From Raillietiella orientalis (taxonomy: Eukaryota), in assembly GCA_036172245.1 (NCBI GenBank), contig JAYWIR010000003.1:6138001-6202000 (forward strand): DNA of 64,000 nt, written 5' to 3'. The position numbers and the translations under genes are program-made. Positions 1-13,348 of the stretch are shown here, one piece after another. Numbering within the stretch: the first letter of the stretch is position 1; each line of letters starts with the position of its first letter. Under the pieces are notes generated by a model. It did no database searches. It saw nothing but the letters and a program-made list of their open reading frames with translations, and was not told where the DNA came from.

Positions 1-3000
1 GCGCGAGGCGGCGGAGGTGGAAGCAAAGATGAAATTGGGCGTCTTCCCCCCCCCTCCCTCAGCAGCGACTCGCGTCTGGACCTGCTCGAGACTCCCACGG
101 CGGAGTTGTTCCGTCACGCAGTCTCTCGGAGGAGGCCTTCAACATCCACCTGAAAAGGTCGGCCCCCGGCACACGCGCGCGCTGGCGCGTGCCGCGGGCG
201 AACCGGCAGCCGTGCCGGCCGGCGTCGTACAATCCCTGCCGGGCGCTCGACGGTGCCTCGGCGGTCCCTCGCGGGAGCGCGTGGCAGGCAGGCAGGCTCC
301 TCGCTTTTCCCTTGAGCGGCTCCGGGGTGTGGCACAGAGGCGGCGGCGGCGGAAACCTCAGGCATTTTCCTGCTTATTCATGGAGGGTATCCGCCAGGAC
401 CGAATTCGTGGCTCTGGCACGGCAGCTTAGCAACCGCGCCCAGAACGAGCTCGTTCCTCTCGCTGCTTGCACGAAGGCCGCACTGATTCGGACGTCTGCC
501 CGGTCGTGATCGGCGGCACTCGAGAGGCGGCTGGAAAAGCGGCTCCCTCGCCTCGCTCCTCCCCCGCAAAATCCGCCTGTCCAGACAAACAAACAAACGG
601 AGGGGGGAGGTCGCAAAACAAACAGACGAAAAGATGGCGCGCGCGGTTCGTGAAGCAGCTGCGGAGCCACCGCCGTCAAGTGGGCACTGTCCCCTACCAC
701 GCGGCGGCGATGACGAGGGGACCTGGTCCCACCCGCGAGACCCGACGATGCTTTGCCGCTGTTCGGGAAGGACACGGCGCTGCCCCGGACACCGCTGAGC
801 AGGACGATCCCTGATCCCGGTGCGTTCGGCGTCCTACCGGACGGGACATCCTGGGGGTTGTCCCTTGGAGCAAAAGCGCTAACAGCCCAAATAGCCGGGG
901 AGATAAGAGGAGGAACTCGTCCCCCAGATGGTCACGTCAGCTGATCAGCACCCTCCATCCTTTCGAAAGGAGATCGCCGTGACCGGCTGCCACCTACGCT
1001 CCAGAAATTTTCCCGGGAAAAGGGCAAACGCAAGGGTTGGCAGGGAGGACAGTCCGCACGGTGCTAAGGTCGGAGGTCAACGGTTGGAAACCTCGACCGC
1101 CGCACCGCGCCGTTGACAGTCCTTCAGCGCCGCAGCTTCCGCTGACAGCACCTCTTTGCTCGGGGGGCGGACCCGCGCTTGCAGAGCCTGCGAAATCCCC
1201 GCGGCTGCTCTGGACGTCGTCGGGCGCTCCGGGCTTCTTCGCCGGCAGCTAGCGGGCGTGTGGCCGGGGAAAAAAAATCTCGCTGGGGATTTTTCCTCCT
1301 CGGACCCTGGGGGTCTCGAAGGAGGCGCGCAGGCTCCGAGGGCGGCAAGTGAGCGCGGCTCCTTTATCCCCCTCGCGCTGCCACCGCCGCCACCGGGACC
1401 TGCGGCGCTCTCCTGGACTCTCACGAGTCGACGTCACGGCCTGGCGGTTCCCAATGGAGTTATCCGAAGGCACTCTTTGTGGTGGGGTGCGGAGAGGCGC
1501 CACCCGGCGGACCGCCGGAGAGGAGGCGCAAAAGTAGCAGAGTGAAGCGATATGGTCATCTGATCTCGGGAGGAAACAAAAGCAGCGGGAGCTGCCTAGG
1601 GAGATGGTTAATGGTGCGGAACGCGTGCGAGTTCCTCTGGGCAAGGCGAGTGAGCACGCGTCCTGAGCGACCGGCCTCCTCGGGTCGGTTGTCCCGCTTG
1701 CCTGTGGACGGGCGGGAAAATTCCGTCCCCGGCGCAGCCGCTGCTGCTCCGGGGACGGCCGACTGCGTGGCACGGCACACTGCCGAGGGCGTCGCTGGCC
1801 CCAAGGAAAAAGGGGGGTCCCTTTCGACTCCCGGCGCCCTGGGAAAAAAACGTTCGCAGCCAAAGTTTCATTTTCGCGGAGCTTCCCTCCGGTCCGAGGA
1901 CCCCCCTCTATCTGTGCCCGCCTTCCCCGCGAGGACCCCCGCGCGGGAACGGCAGAAGCGCGCGCCGAGCGCTCGGCAGCGCCTCGCGGAAAATTCGAGG
2001 CTTCTCGAGCGAAACGCCGGAACGAGAGATACGGAGAGAAAGAAGACGAAAAGAGAAGAGAAAAGAAAAGGAAGAAAGCCCTACCTCGTTCAGCCAAGGA
2101 GTGCAGCTTCACCAAGCAGCATATCCAGAATATGATCCTCGTCATCTTGGGCACCAAACATTCCTGCTGCGTTCCCTGCTGCACTCATATTTCGAACACA
2201 TCAACGCGAACACGGCAACCCTCTACATGCTTCCCGTGTCGTGTGGATACTTATGCTCACTCAGGTCGCTGATTGAAGGCTAGGCAACTTTTTCCTGTAA
2301 ATGCCTCGAGGGGCAAAATCCGCTTTCGTTTTTTTTTTTTTTCTTTCCTTCTCTCTTCTCTCTCCCCCCCTCCCGTTCTGCGCTCGCGCAGCGCGGACTG
2401 CGGTCGCCGCGCGGCACCGCGAGGCTCGCGGGCGCGCGGAGCTGGCGAAACGGAAACGCGGAAGTTTCGAAAAAGGGTCTCCGAGCCAGAAGCCCGCTGG
2501 CGGCGCGCGCGTGCGGGGTGGTGAGTTTTGGCCCCAGGAAGGGAGGCGAGCGAATTGCCGGATCCCCGCTCGAGAGGGCGCTGCAAATGGAGGGACCTGC
2601 GGCTGGGAGGTCACGGAGAGACCCTCAGCCGAAAGAGCGAGGTCTGCACTCTCAACTGCCGACCAGCGACTCGCGAGCAGCTTCCTCCGACCGACCAGGA
2701 GAAGACCAGGAAGGGGGAATTCCGCAAAAGTTCCCTCCGACCGGTTGGGGCAAGGGGGGCGCGCGCAATCCGCACTAACGACCGTTTCCCCCAAGGGCTC
2801 GCCCGCGGCTTCAGGGACCGATTTCGGAGGCAGCAGTCAAAGGGAGAGGAGAAGGAACCCTCTTTTTCCTCCCAAGAGCCCTCTTCCTCCCTCCCCCTAG
2901 GCAGGTGTGCGAATGCTGCCGAGAGATCTCCGCACTCGTGTGCCTGCGAGCGAAGCGCGGGCGGAGGGCGACAGCGCACACGCGAGGTGTCGCGACCGCA

Positions 3001-3470
3001 CCGCCCACAGGAACGCCTCGGTTCACATCATCTGCTCATACGCGACCTCAGTGGTAGTCGCGCCGTCTCTTCGAGAAGCGACGAGTCCAGGAAGAGGAGG
3101 GCCAGTGGTAATGGGAGTGGAGATGGAAAGGCACCTGGGGATCCTTCGAGGGCGAGTACATCTTTCCAGCGGAGAAGGCAAGGAGAGGAGATAGGGGAGC
3201 GTGGGTACCACCACGGACCCGTACTCCACGAAGGTCCTTACTCCTCGGAAGAGGAGTAAGGACCTTCGGAAGAGGAAGCATCCGCTAGCGGAGGGACACG
3301 AGCTGGAGCGACTCGTAGGTGGTCCAGCATGTGAACTTTGGGATGGACCTGAGCTGGGAAAGGTCGGCGTTGGGAAAAACCGCTGGCTCCTCGCCTTGTT
3401 GTCCTGCGCAGCACTGCCGCGCGCTCCTGCCTTTGGTGGCGAAACAACCAAATCTCCCTTCTACCTCGCA

Positions 3471-4350
3471 TGGCGTCCACGGACCCTGGAGGCCAGCCGT
3501 GGACGTAACCAGGTCCCCCCAAGAGGACAGCGCCCACAGGATTCCCTCTTTCCCTAGCCGTCACCCATCACCACCCTTCCTTACGGCAACCAGCGCACGG
3601 GAAACGGAGGGGGAGCCACTGGGGGTCTCCCGTTGTCTCGCCCGGAGGCTTTCTCGGTCGGGCGCAGGCGGCCGTTCTCTCCGCCCCCTGAAGCGGAAGA
3701 GCAGCTGCACTCGCGAGCGTCGACAGCGGTGCGCGCCCGAATCGCCTCGACGGCAGCGGTCCGGGGGGGAGGGGGGAGGGAGGGAGGAAGCTGCGACGCG
3801 GCGTGTGCTGCCACCCCGCGACAGCACGCGGTCCGGCACCTCCTCTTCCTCCCGACTGGAGGCCGTCGCCCCACTGGGCCGGCGATCCGAAGCGACACAA
3901 CCAAAAGTGAAAGACACGGAGGACGCACGCGCACGCCCTGGCAGCTTGCGGAAGAGCCGGGCAGACGCAGCCGCCGCCGTCCGCAGTTCACGCAGCAGAA
4001 GCGTTTGCTTGGCGCGCACGTGCGAGTGAGCAGGTGGACGAGCGGAGCGTGGACAGCCACTACACATCCTCTTCTTGCCTGGAAGGAAACGCGGGCTGGG
4101 CGTGGTCTGGGAGATGAGGGGGTCCCGGTGTTCCCGTGACGTCGCCCATGACGATGCGGAGTCTGAAGCCACCCGCCCTACGGTGGCCGTGCGACCCGCA
4201 GCGTCCCACCGGAAAAGAAGACGAAGAAGAAGAAGGAAGCCTAAAGCAAAAAAAACGGGTCCGGAATCGGATTGTCTGGAAGCGTTTTCATCTTTTTCTC
4301 CCGCTCCTCCCTCCTTTCCCCCCTGCTGGAAGCGCGAGGCTTCCAGAGCA
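3471..4350 (+). repeat. ~880-bp young dispersed direct repeat, copy 1
   Basis: Near-identical to 21692-22570 (about 15 differences by manual comparison). Starts TG, ends CA, with a hairpin near each end. Confidence 0.95.
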
Positions 4351-6149
4351 TCTCCACTAGTGGCACAAGGGCGTGCCAGAAGGCTGCTCCAGGCAGGACC
4401 TCCAGCATTACTTTTCAGGCGTCGAGGGGGGTCCCCCTTCCCCAGGTGCGCGGGGACATCTGGGCTAGTGGTGCACCTCCCTTCACCATCTTTTTCTCTC
4501 TGTTTCCTCTTCAGGAGGTTGGCACCAGGACAGCGGAGAAGCAACTGGCCTGGGCGGGAGGTCTTTTGTCTGCTGCTCCTCTGGCTCCCGTCTTCCTACT
4601 CCTCTCTCCTGAGGGTGCGCCTGAGTGGCGCTGGTCAGGAAGGGGGCGCTACCACGCGATTCTAGACCGTTTCCTGCAAAGTGCGCTCGAAGGTGCACAT
4701 CCAGATGGTCTGTCGAGGGAGGAAGGCGGGGGAGCATTCCCCAGCGAACCTTCCCTTTGTTCTTTTGAAGACGGGTGGATTACCTCTTCCGGCAGTCGTT
4801 GACCGGGAGTGGAGGGGACGGATGTGACCCCTCTCACAGGTGTCCCGCAGGTGAGCGTGCGGGCCTCGGAAACTCCTTTCGGAAGGAAACCGTGCGAGGA
4901 AAGCGGGAGAGGGGAGGCTACTCTGCCAGATGGGGTCTTCGTTGACGTCCCCGGCGTCCCCTTCCCCTCCTCCTTTGCACGCGACCGCAATGCAGAGTCC
5001 CTCCGGAGAACTCGTGCTGACCTTCATCCGGCCCCTTCACTCTCTTCCGTCCCTTCATTCGCTGAACTTTCCCTCCAAGGAAGGACTCTGGACTTCGGCC
5101 AGCCACCGCTCAAAGGACGGCAGCTCCCGCCTTTCCTCAAGGGGGTTGCAGTCTTACGTGGCATCCAGTTCCCCCCTGGGCAAGAAAAGGAACAGAAAGA
5201 AAAAAAGGCCACCTTGAAGTGGAGTCACGAGGCTGGCGTGCGAATCTGCGATGGGCCCTGAGGCAAACGGACGTTGTGCCTGTGGGGGATGATCCGAGAA
5301 AGGGGAAGAGGAAAACGACGATGTTCTTCTGGGAGACTGCTGCGCGGTCTCCTATGAAGGGGTGCGTCCTTTCGTAGAAAACTTTCGGCGGCAAAAGGGT
5401 AAGTTGCAGAGGAAGGGGGAAGGGAACGACCTCACGCAGGGTGAGAGGACGTCTGCGGTGGTTTTCCGGTCCTCTCTTGGCAGCAGCCTTATACCCACGG
5501 GGCGAGTCCCCCACAAGCGCTCGGTAGGTGACTTCTCGGTGCAAACGTCTCCCTCCGCCAGTCCCCCTCCTCCCGACAAGTTCAGGAGGAAGCAGGGAGG
5601 CGGAGCGCACCCCCTCCCTCCCACCCTAAACCCACCGTCGGGGAGCAGGGCGTCCCTCGTGTCCGGGAAGAGTCCCGCCCCTTGGCGGCCGAGGCCCATT
5701 TCCTCCTGAACACTCCCGTGTCAGGAACCGGGTCGCCTCTGGTCCTCCTCGAAACCGCGCTGGGCCTGCCCGGGAACGTCCCCAAAGCTCCAAGAAATGT
5801 GTCGTCGCCGACGGTTCCTCTGATTTCACACTCCTTTCCCTTCGTGACCTCCGAGCTGCCCCCTCCTGCGAACCTCCGTGGACCGAAAGGTCATCTCTGC
5901 TGACCGTTTTCCCACCGAGGTTCAGCTCCAGATGTGCGCCAATTACCTGTCGAGGACGGCGCTCTTCGGTTGGGCCTCTTCCGCCCAAACCCTCTCCTCC
6001 TCCCTCCTTCCCGAGAACTTCCCCCGAGAACTCGGCCACTTCGGATGGCTTCCCGGATTTTCGTCCGAACTCGGTGGAGTCGGAGGGCGCAACTTCCGAT
6101 CGGCCGCTTCTTTCGGTGCTTGGGAGGGAGACATATCGGTTTGCTTAGA

Positions 6150-6540
6150 AACGCACCACTACCACCCTCCATCCTCTTCTCGTTCCTCGTTTCCCTCTTA
6201 TCCCTCCCTTCCTTCCTCCCGATCTGCCCCTCCTCTTCCTTCTCTCATCCTGCCGTTGATCTCCGCCTCCTCTTTCTCTCCCTTTCCTCCTCCTCCTCAA
6301 AGAAGCCCGTCCGCCTCTTCGAAGGACACACTCCGCCTCGGTTCTCCCCGAAGAACGAAGATGATTTCCGGATCCCTTCCTCCTCTTCTTCCTCCCTTGC
6401 TCTTCCCTTCCTCCTTCTCCTTCCTTTCTCTCTTCTTTCTGCAGCTCCCTTCCTGCTTCTCCCTAAAGACGCACGTCCACCTCCTCGAAGAACCGCACTC
6501 TGCCTCGACCTCTCTCCCCACGCTTCTCGGTTTCTCCTGA
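6150..6540. repeat. Polypyrimidine (CT/CCT-rich) low-complexity tract
   Basis: About 390 bp dominated by C and T on + with short purine interruptions. Confidence 0.85.
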
Positions 6541-6569
6541 GCGAGAGGGCGTCGGACCACGGAGTGCTC

Positions 6570-7140
6570 GAATGGCACAGACACCCGCTGCCGCTGTCAC
6601 GGGGACTTCTATTTCTTCACTCCTCGGGTACTGGAGTGGTCGATCTGGCTTTCGAGGAGGTCCCCTCCCCCTCCCCCTTGTGATCCATGGAACCCTCGCC
6701 CCGATGGCGCACTCTGATTTTCTTCTTTGCTGCCGCCGCCTCACCCGTGCGACGAAGGTGAAAGGGTGAGAGGGGGGCCGTGGGTCTCCTTGGTGCCGCT
6801 ACTTCGCACGCCCCCGATCTCGTTACCCTCCCAACCCCAGGGTGAAGACCAAGGAGGCGGAGAAGAAGAAAAGAGCAAGCGAGCGAGAGAGGCGGACCCG
6901 ATGCGAGGTTTCCCCCATCTTATCCGTCGAGCCATCTCCTTGGTGACGGCGCTCTTTCCGAAAGGCTTCCTCTCCGGCAGGAGCCAACGTAGCTGCTGGC
7001 TGCAAGGGTTGTTGGCCGCGCTCGAGGGCGTGCTTTCCCGAACTTCCCCCTCTTCTACCCATATCGATCGCATTCTGTCGATTCACCTTCTCCCCTTTCT
7101 CCCTGCTCCGTTTTTCCCAGCAGACGCGCGCCATTCGGCT
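6570..7140 (+). mobile_element. Decayed non-LTR retrotransposon RT fragment (approximate limits)
   Basis: In order: GRSGFRGG (like QSGFR.G), GFLSGRSQR (like SFLS.R.QRV), FFPADA (like LFADD); frame-shifted and interrupted. Confidence 0.4.
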
Positions 7141-8094
7141 CCGTGCTGCAGCTTCCTGAATTGGTCGCCATCGACCCACCCTCCCTTTCCTACCTTTGCC
7201 AAGCGGTCAAATCCTCCTCCTCCTTTTTCCTCTCTTCCACCTTTACCCTCTTCCTCTGGAGGAGGCTGAAAGGAAAGGACCGCCCTCAAACGGGACGGGG
7301 CGTAGACGGAGGGGATCTTTGATGGCATCGAGGGCGCACGTCTGGGGTGGTCCTCACGCGGATGGTAGGCGGAGGCGAGTGAGAAAGGCAGCCGGCTGCT
7401 GCACCTCCGACTGTCGTCTCGACCTTCGCAGCCTCCGGCCGGCGAAGCAGTTGCGAGAGGGCGCTCTTCCGAGGAGGCGGAGGTTTGCTGACTGCAGGAG
7501 TGTGGAACAGCGATTTCCACGGGGACGGCGCCTCCCAGTCCCTTGCGAGGGAGGCCAACTCGGATGCCAATGGTGCGCTCCCGGCATCTCCTCTTCTGCG
7601 GTATAGTCCGTGCAAGACTACGCGACAGGAGGTCATCCGAGGCGGAGCATCCAGAGTTCGTAGAGCATCCCGGATAGGGGTGCCCCGCGGAAGTCGCTGA
7701 GGCTCTTTCCTCTCTTTCTCTCTCCCCTCTGTGCCACGGCCTCTCGCCTCCGCGCATGCACGCGCCTCCTCGCTTCCTCCGGAGAACGCGTGCTCAGGAT
7801 GCCGGCATCCTCCACCGGGTTCTCAAAGTGCCCTTTTTCTAAAATGGTGCACGTGTTTTCAGGAGCATTTTCTGGAGCTCTCCCTCGCAGACTCCCCTCC
7901 TGCTTGCGACATCTCCCGGTTCACCGCTCGCCCTCTTTCTTGGCGTCTCTCGTCCTCACCCACTACCTCGTTCCAAGGACGAGGCTGCCCAGGAGAGAGG
8001 CAGGAAAGAGTAGGGAGATCTCTGTTGAGGTTCGTCCTTCCGAGGAGAGCGATCCCAAGAAAGGGCGAGGGAACCCAGGTGGTCCAGAGGTGCA

Positions 8095-8820
8095 GCGACT
8101 CCTGGGAGACTTTCGGTTTTGCTCTCTCCTCCATTTCTCTGCCTCTCCTCCTCGTCCCGATGTCGCTTCTTGTTTCTTGGGAGTGGACGGGAGCCTGCGT
8201 GGGGGAAGCAGCCATAGCATCTCGGGGGCGCAAGGGAGGGAAGGAGGAGGCTCCCTGCCTCCCAACGATGAGTGGCCTCTGCTTTCTGAGCTGCAAGGGA
8301 AGACTCTGAAGCGGCGGTGGAGGTGTTGGTGGTCTTCACGAGGAGCACCATCACCTCCTCCCAAGTCCCCCACACTCCCACGCACCGACCTCCTTACCCA
8401 ACCATGGAGCGAACGGTTTCCGAGAATCTGGAGCGGCAAGAGGGCGGCGCAGGGATGGCAGCTGGCCGTATGTGGAAGGGAGCGGCTGCGGAGCTTGGAA
8501 AGAGAGAGTTGCTGTCCGGAGAGGGCGTGTGAGCGTTCTCGCTAGCGTCCGTATGGTCATGGCATCACCGCGCGACACCCAGCGTGCAGAGTTCATGAAG
8601 GCGGTCGGTGCCGAGGGGCTGGATGCGTCGATGCTCTCGGGCCTCTGGAGAATGGCCCAAAGACACCTCCGGATCTCGGCTGTGGATTGAAGGGATGCCA
8701 CGCAGCACGATACTCCGTCGACAGGCCGGGAAGTTGACCCTTCGGAGAGCGTTGGGCAAGTGAACGTGGGGGAAGAACCTTGCCAGCTTCCACGTGGCAG
8801 GAGTTGCCAAGCCGTTCCGA
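8095..8820 (+). mobile_element. Decayed LINE ORF2 fragment (endonuclease end to RT start; approximate limits)
   Basis: LLGDF (like GDFN), KAVGAEGLDASML (like KAPGPDGI.AE.L), KNLASFHVAGVAKPF (like NYRPISLL...K.F), in the expected order. Confidence 0.45.
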
Positions 8821-9339
8821 CGTCCCGAGGGGGTAAAAAAACGTTTCTTAAGTAAGTAAAGAACCGTAAGGGAAAAAAAAGATGCTAGAAGGACAGGGAA
8901 AGAAGTGAAGATTCAGTGGATTTCGGATTTCTTCAGGATTCAGTGGCAATCGTTTCTTGCGGCAACGATTGCTAATGATTTTTTTTTTGTTTCGAAAAAA
9001 AAAAAAAAAAAGAAAGCCAGAGGAGTCTGTCGTTCCCTATCCTATTCCTCCCTCTCTGTCATCTCACCTCCTTCATTGTATCCCCTAGCAACGAGGTTTT
9101 CGATGTTTGTTTTCAGAGGTTGCTACGTGTGAGGCCTGCCTGTGCAACGCGAGGTCAGGCAAGCAGGCAGTCCGAGTCCTGTGCTGAACGCATACAGGAG
9201 TGCCATAGAGGTCCTACCCTTTTTCCTGAGGCTCACAGAGATCCCCTGTAGGCGGCACAATGAAGTATCATGGCGGCGGGCCTAAGGGGAACTTCTGTCT
9301 CTCTTGGCTGCGGCTGGACTGCCCCACAGAGGATGCCTT

Positions 9340-10600
9340 CTGCCTCGGTTCCTTGTAGGCGATTGCCTCCTGCCGAACAGATTCCGTTGTGGGACACCTT
9401 TCCTGCCCTACGGCCCTGTTTTCTATGCCCTCTTCGCCTCCCTTAGGAGCGAAGCGGAAGACCGACGAGCTCTCGAGAAAGGCGCTCGGTGGTGCGCTGC
9501 AAGATCGCCTTCTCGAGAGAAGATGCCCAACACCAAGGCCAAAGAGGATGGAACTCTGTCTCCATCTCGGAAGAATGGTCGTGACAGCTGAGGAATGAAT
9601 GTAGCCGAACCGGTTGATGCCTCTTCTCACGCGGCTTTCCGCAGCTCGCGGTCGGTTTTGAGGCACCAGCCTTTACTTCACTGCAACATCAAAAAGATGC
9701 CAAGATGCCCGCCTTTCAGGAAAGCATCCTGAGATCCTCTGCCGCCCCAGGAGCTCAAAGTCATGGCGGCAAGTGGCAATCAACACATGGGTGTACGTCA
9801 CTAGGACAAGCCCAAGGTCGCTTCGTCTCATCCGGAGCGCAGGAAGAGTTGCCGTACAGGAGGTCCAGCACGACTCGAAGAGGCGGATCCGGACTGCTGC
9901 CACTTTGCCCTCAGTGCTGCCCTCGCTGAGGGAGGAGCTGCCAAGCGGAGGAACAGAGAAACTTCTGCAGGAAGGTCCAAAGAGGCAGCCACCAGCACCT
10001 GCTCCAAAAGACTTTTCTGTGTTGAGCCTCTGGGATTCCACAGTGAACCCTGTGGTTCTCCCGACGTCTCCCGACAGCTTCATGCTCCTCCCAGACTGAA
10101 TTCACTCATCTTGCATCGTGGTTTCCCATGCAGCGAACGCCAGCACAGCTGGACAGCTAGAGAGGCTCTTTCCCCTGAGCTGAGCCAGATGCACGGACGC
10201 TACCACGTTCTTGAACCTGCCCGTGGACTACGGTGCTCTTCGTAGCGGCTGGGAGCGCCTCGAGACTACCCTGCTTCACTGTGAAGGTCCTCGAAGGACG
10301 CTGCTATGAGGCTGTTTCACTGGAGACGAATTTCCTCCGACTTCTCCAATCTCAACTCTGCATTGCACCAGCAAGGCAGGGCAGGACAGGCGCTGCCCAC
10401 TGCGCGAAGAAGCTGCGCCAGAGGCCATGCCAGACGCTTCACCCCATTGATGCTGAGGAGGATGGACCGGGCTGGCTCGGTTCGAAACGAGCAGCGACGA
10501 GGAATGCTGCTGGCATCACACAAGGGGCTGCCAAGGACGGTCCTCTGTGCCTCTCCTTGGGAATTCCCGCGGACGGGTCCCCAATCACCCAATTCCTTCA
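9340..10600 (+). mobile_element. Decayed LINE ORF2 relic (approximate limits)
   Basis: FLVGDCLLP; LFPLS*A; SRLPCFTVKVLE..YE (like ISLLP..SKVLE..VY); HQQG..G...TA; LMLRRMDRAG; KGLPR, in RT order across frames. Confidence 0.45.
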
Positions 10601-11099
10601 ACCGTCCCAGTCTTCGGCCACCCTGCGAGTCGATGGCTCAGATTCCTTCCCGAACTGCGAGTGTGGCATAGCAACCAACTTCCTTAGCCTATCTTTCTGA
10701 ATAAACTCCTCCGCGTGACTCTCACATCCCGCGCTGTCCCGAACGATCCATTTAGAGTAAATACATGACATTTGTACAGCTGGAGGAGGGAAGTGTCCTG
10801 GTCCGAAGCCAAAGTAAGCACCCTGGATGGGGGAGGAAATAAGGGGGAAATAGAGGGAGAAACAAAAAATTAATAGTGAATGAGATAGTACTCATTGTGA
10901 TTCCCGGAGATCCGCTTAGGAAAAGATCTCACATCTTTTATTGGACCATTTCGTCGCCGTTGGCTATCACCCATGATGGCGATAGCCAACGGCTTCCCGG
11001 GACAACGGCAGCCGCTCCCTTCCTCCATCTCGGTGGTCTCCGTTGCTCTCAAGTGGCGGAAAATCGCCAGCGAGGAAGAAGCAGTTGGCATCCGTTTAA

Positions 11100-11620
11100 T
11101 CGGTAGCTGCGGGGCGGTGTCGGTCAAGTAGTGTCCTCAGCGATGCTCTTTGGTCCCTGACGCAGCCTTCGGAGTTCAGACAGCAAGTGCGGCAGGGTTG
11201 CCACTATCCCGCGGCGGGTGCACCGTCCTCCGCTGCCACGTGGTGACATTCGTCGTTACGGGGCAGGGTCTAGTGTACCGGCAAGATAGCTACGAAACGA
11301 CGGCTGCTAACGTGGAGGGAGGATGGAAGCGTCCACTTGGAAGTCCATGTTCTCAAAGTTTCCACGGAGAACGCCAAGAAATTCCATCCACCTTTGCGGA
11401 CCCTTGGCGAGGTTTCTAGCAAGACTTCGTTCGCGAGCCGAGATGGCTCCCGTTGCGCGACGGACTTGGCGACCCCTGCGGGCTGGTGGCCAACTCCCAC
11501 CCTGCAGGAGCATCCACCTCTTCTTCCTCCCATCGATGCAGCAGGGGAGACGTGGATGACCTGTAAGTGGATCCTGGGGGCAGGAGGGCTTGGTCGCGTA
11601 CCTCGCCAAGGAGGAATTTT
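11100..11620 (-). mobile_element. Decayed LINE RT fragment (approximate limits)
   Basis: CPQDPLTGHP.L...ID (like VPQGSVLGP.LF..IND), ETLRTWTSKWTLP (like L..W...W.L), GCVRDQRASLRT (like GV.ID..LSF), in order on -. Confidence 0.4.
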
Positions 11621-12238
11621 TTTCGGTCGTTTGGGAGCGCTGTGGTTGAGGAGCATTGGAACTTCCCGGGCGCCTCCACGTTTCCAGAGATTCCTGTCTT
11701 CATGCGTCTCCGTCAATTGAGCGGCAGGGTGTACGCCCGTGGTCCTGCAGAAGCGGGTGGGGCGCGACTGAGCGGAGCAGGCAGCACTGACCTCGCCCTC
11801 GCATGCGGTTGCGCGAAGGGATGGACGAGCGCGCCCCTGGCAGCCCGATGCATTCCTCGTAAGAACGCGAGAAGAAAGACGCCCGCGGGCGTTCCACCGC
11901 CTCGCCGTAAGAGTCAACTTCCGGAAACGATGCCCGCATCCGCATTCGCTCAGCGGAGGAGTTCAGCTCCCCGCCTTGGCGCAGGAGAGAACAAGTCCTT
12001 CAGTCGACCTTGGATCTGGTAGAACCCCACGGGGATTTTAAGCACCAGACCGGCGACCGGAGGGGGAGCCCGGCGGTCTTTGGGGTCAACAGGGAAAAGA
12101 GAGCAGCCGGAAGAGAGCAGCGACGAAGATGTTTCGATCTTGACCCCTCGGGCAACAGAGGTGTCGAAAATGCCTCTGCAACCACACTAGCTGGACGGGC
12201 ATGACTTCTCTAGGGCAGAACAGACCCATCCGTGATTA

Positions 12239-12818
12239 TTCAAGTTAGGAGGTACCCCGCGAGGGAACCACCCTATGAATTCAGGAAGGACTCCGGAGGA
12301 AGGGGTCGATTCCCTCTCACGCTTGGGGAAGGGGGAACCTCGAATTGACCCTCTTCCTTATTTTCTCCGGAGGGGTTGGTCCCCCGGAGAGAACCGCTCT
12401 TATTTCTTCTGCGAAGGGAACCCGAAAAACATGCGCTCCTGGTTTCCTCCTCTGAGGAGAACCCCGAGAGGGCGCTTCCCGAAGGAAGCAGCGCGCTTGT
12501 TGACACTCTGGAAAGGCAACATCAATCCATCAGATTCACAACCAGAGGGAACCGCCGCTCCTTTATTCCTGGGAGGATCCCGGAGAGTCAACTTCCAATC
12601 GTGGCCAGTCGACGGGGGCGTCCGGTATGGAGGTTTCCATCGGTGCCACCGCATCTCGAAGCCATTGGAGGCCCACCAGCGTCATCCTGAGGGAGGGATC
12701 CGAAACCCACGACGCACCCCCCGTTCTAGTCGCCGTCACTTCCCCGGGCGGGATTTGAACCCGCGACGCTTGGTGCCACGTGGCATGGAGACGACAGCCA
12801 TGTGACCGCCAACGCAGG
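12239..12818 (-). mobile_element. tRNA-derived SINE-like element, copy 1
   Basis: Minus-strand head GCGTTGGCGG...GGGTTCAAATCCC (A/B-box-like); shared body motif cctatgaat(c/t)caggaaggactc and shared end ttcaagttag. Confidence 0.7.
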
Positions 12819-13251
12819 CAGCAATGGGGCCGTCCACGGGGATTCCCAAGGAGGGCCGCTCACTCCCCCTCTGCCAACGAAGCGGATACGGAGATTTTCG
12901 AGTTGTTGACCTCGGAGTCACCGGATGTGAACCCCCGCAGCACCTGCACATGGATGGCAGGCACCCGAGGGGAGGGAGGGTGGGACTCATCAAATGCACC
13001 CGTGAGGTCCTCCGGAGGATGGACTCTTCCTTCTCCTTTCCTTCCTTCTTCGCGAAGGGACTATCGATCCGGGAAGCGGGGAGGATGCGCTCCACTCGGG
13101 AAGGGAGTCCATAGAGCAGCTCCCTCGTATCCTCTGGGCGCCTCCTTCCTGATCTCTCAGCAGCGTCCGGACCGCCTCACTCCGGCGCCCCCTCACTCCG
13201 GCCCCCTACGCCCTCTCTGTCCTTTCCTTCTGTTGTGCGGATCTTGCATCG

Positions 13252-13348
13252 GCTGGGGGAGGAGGAGGCCGGGCCTTCCAGCGGGAAGAGGGGGCAGGGA
13301 AGAGGAAAGGGAGGGAAGAGGAAAGGGAGGGAAGAGGAGAGGGAGGGA
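13252..13348. repeat. Polypurine GGGA/GGAA low-complexity tract
   Basis: Repeated gggaagaggaaagggag units. Confidence 0.8.

Noticed and set aside
10940..11000. IAIMGDSQRR on - resembling a GDSL/SGNH esterase motif of CR1 ORF1
   Set aside because: Isolated, and it lies downstream of an RT relic on the same strand, which is the wrong position for ORF1; likely chance.
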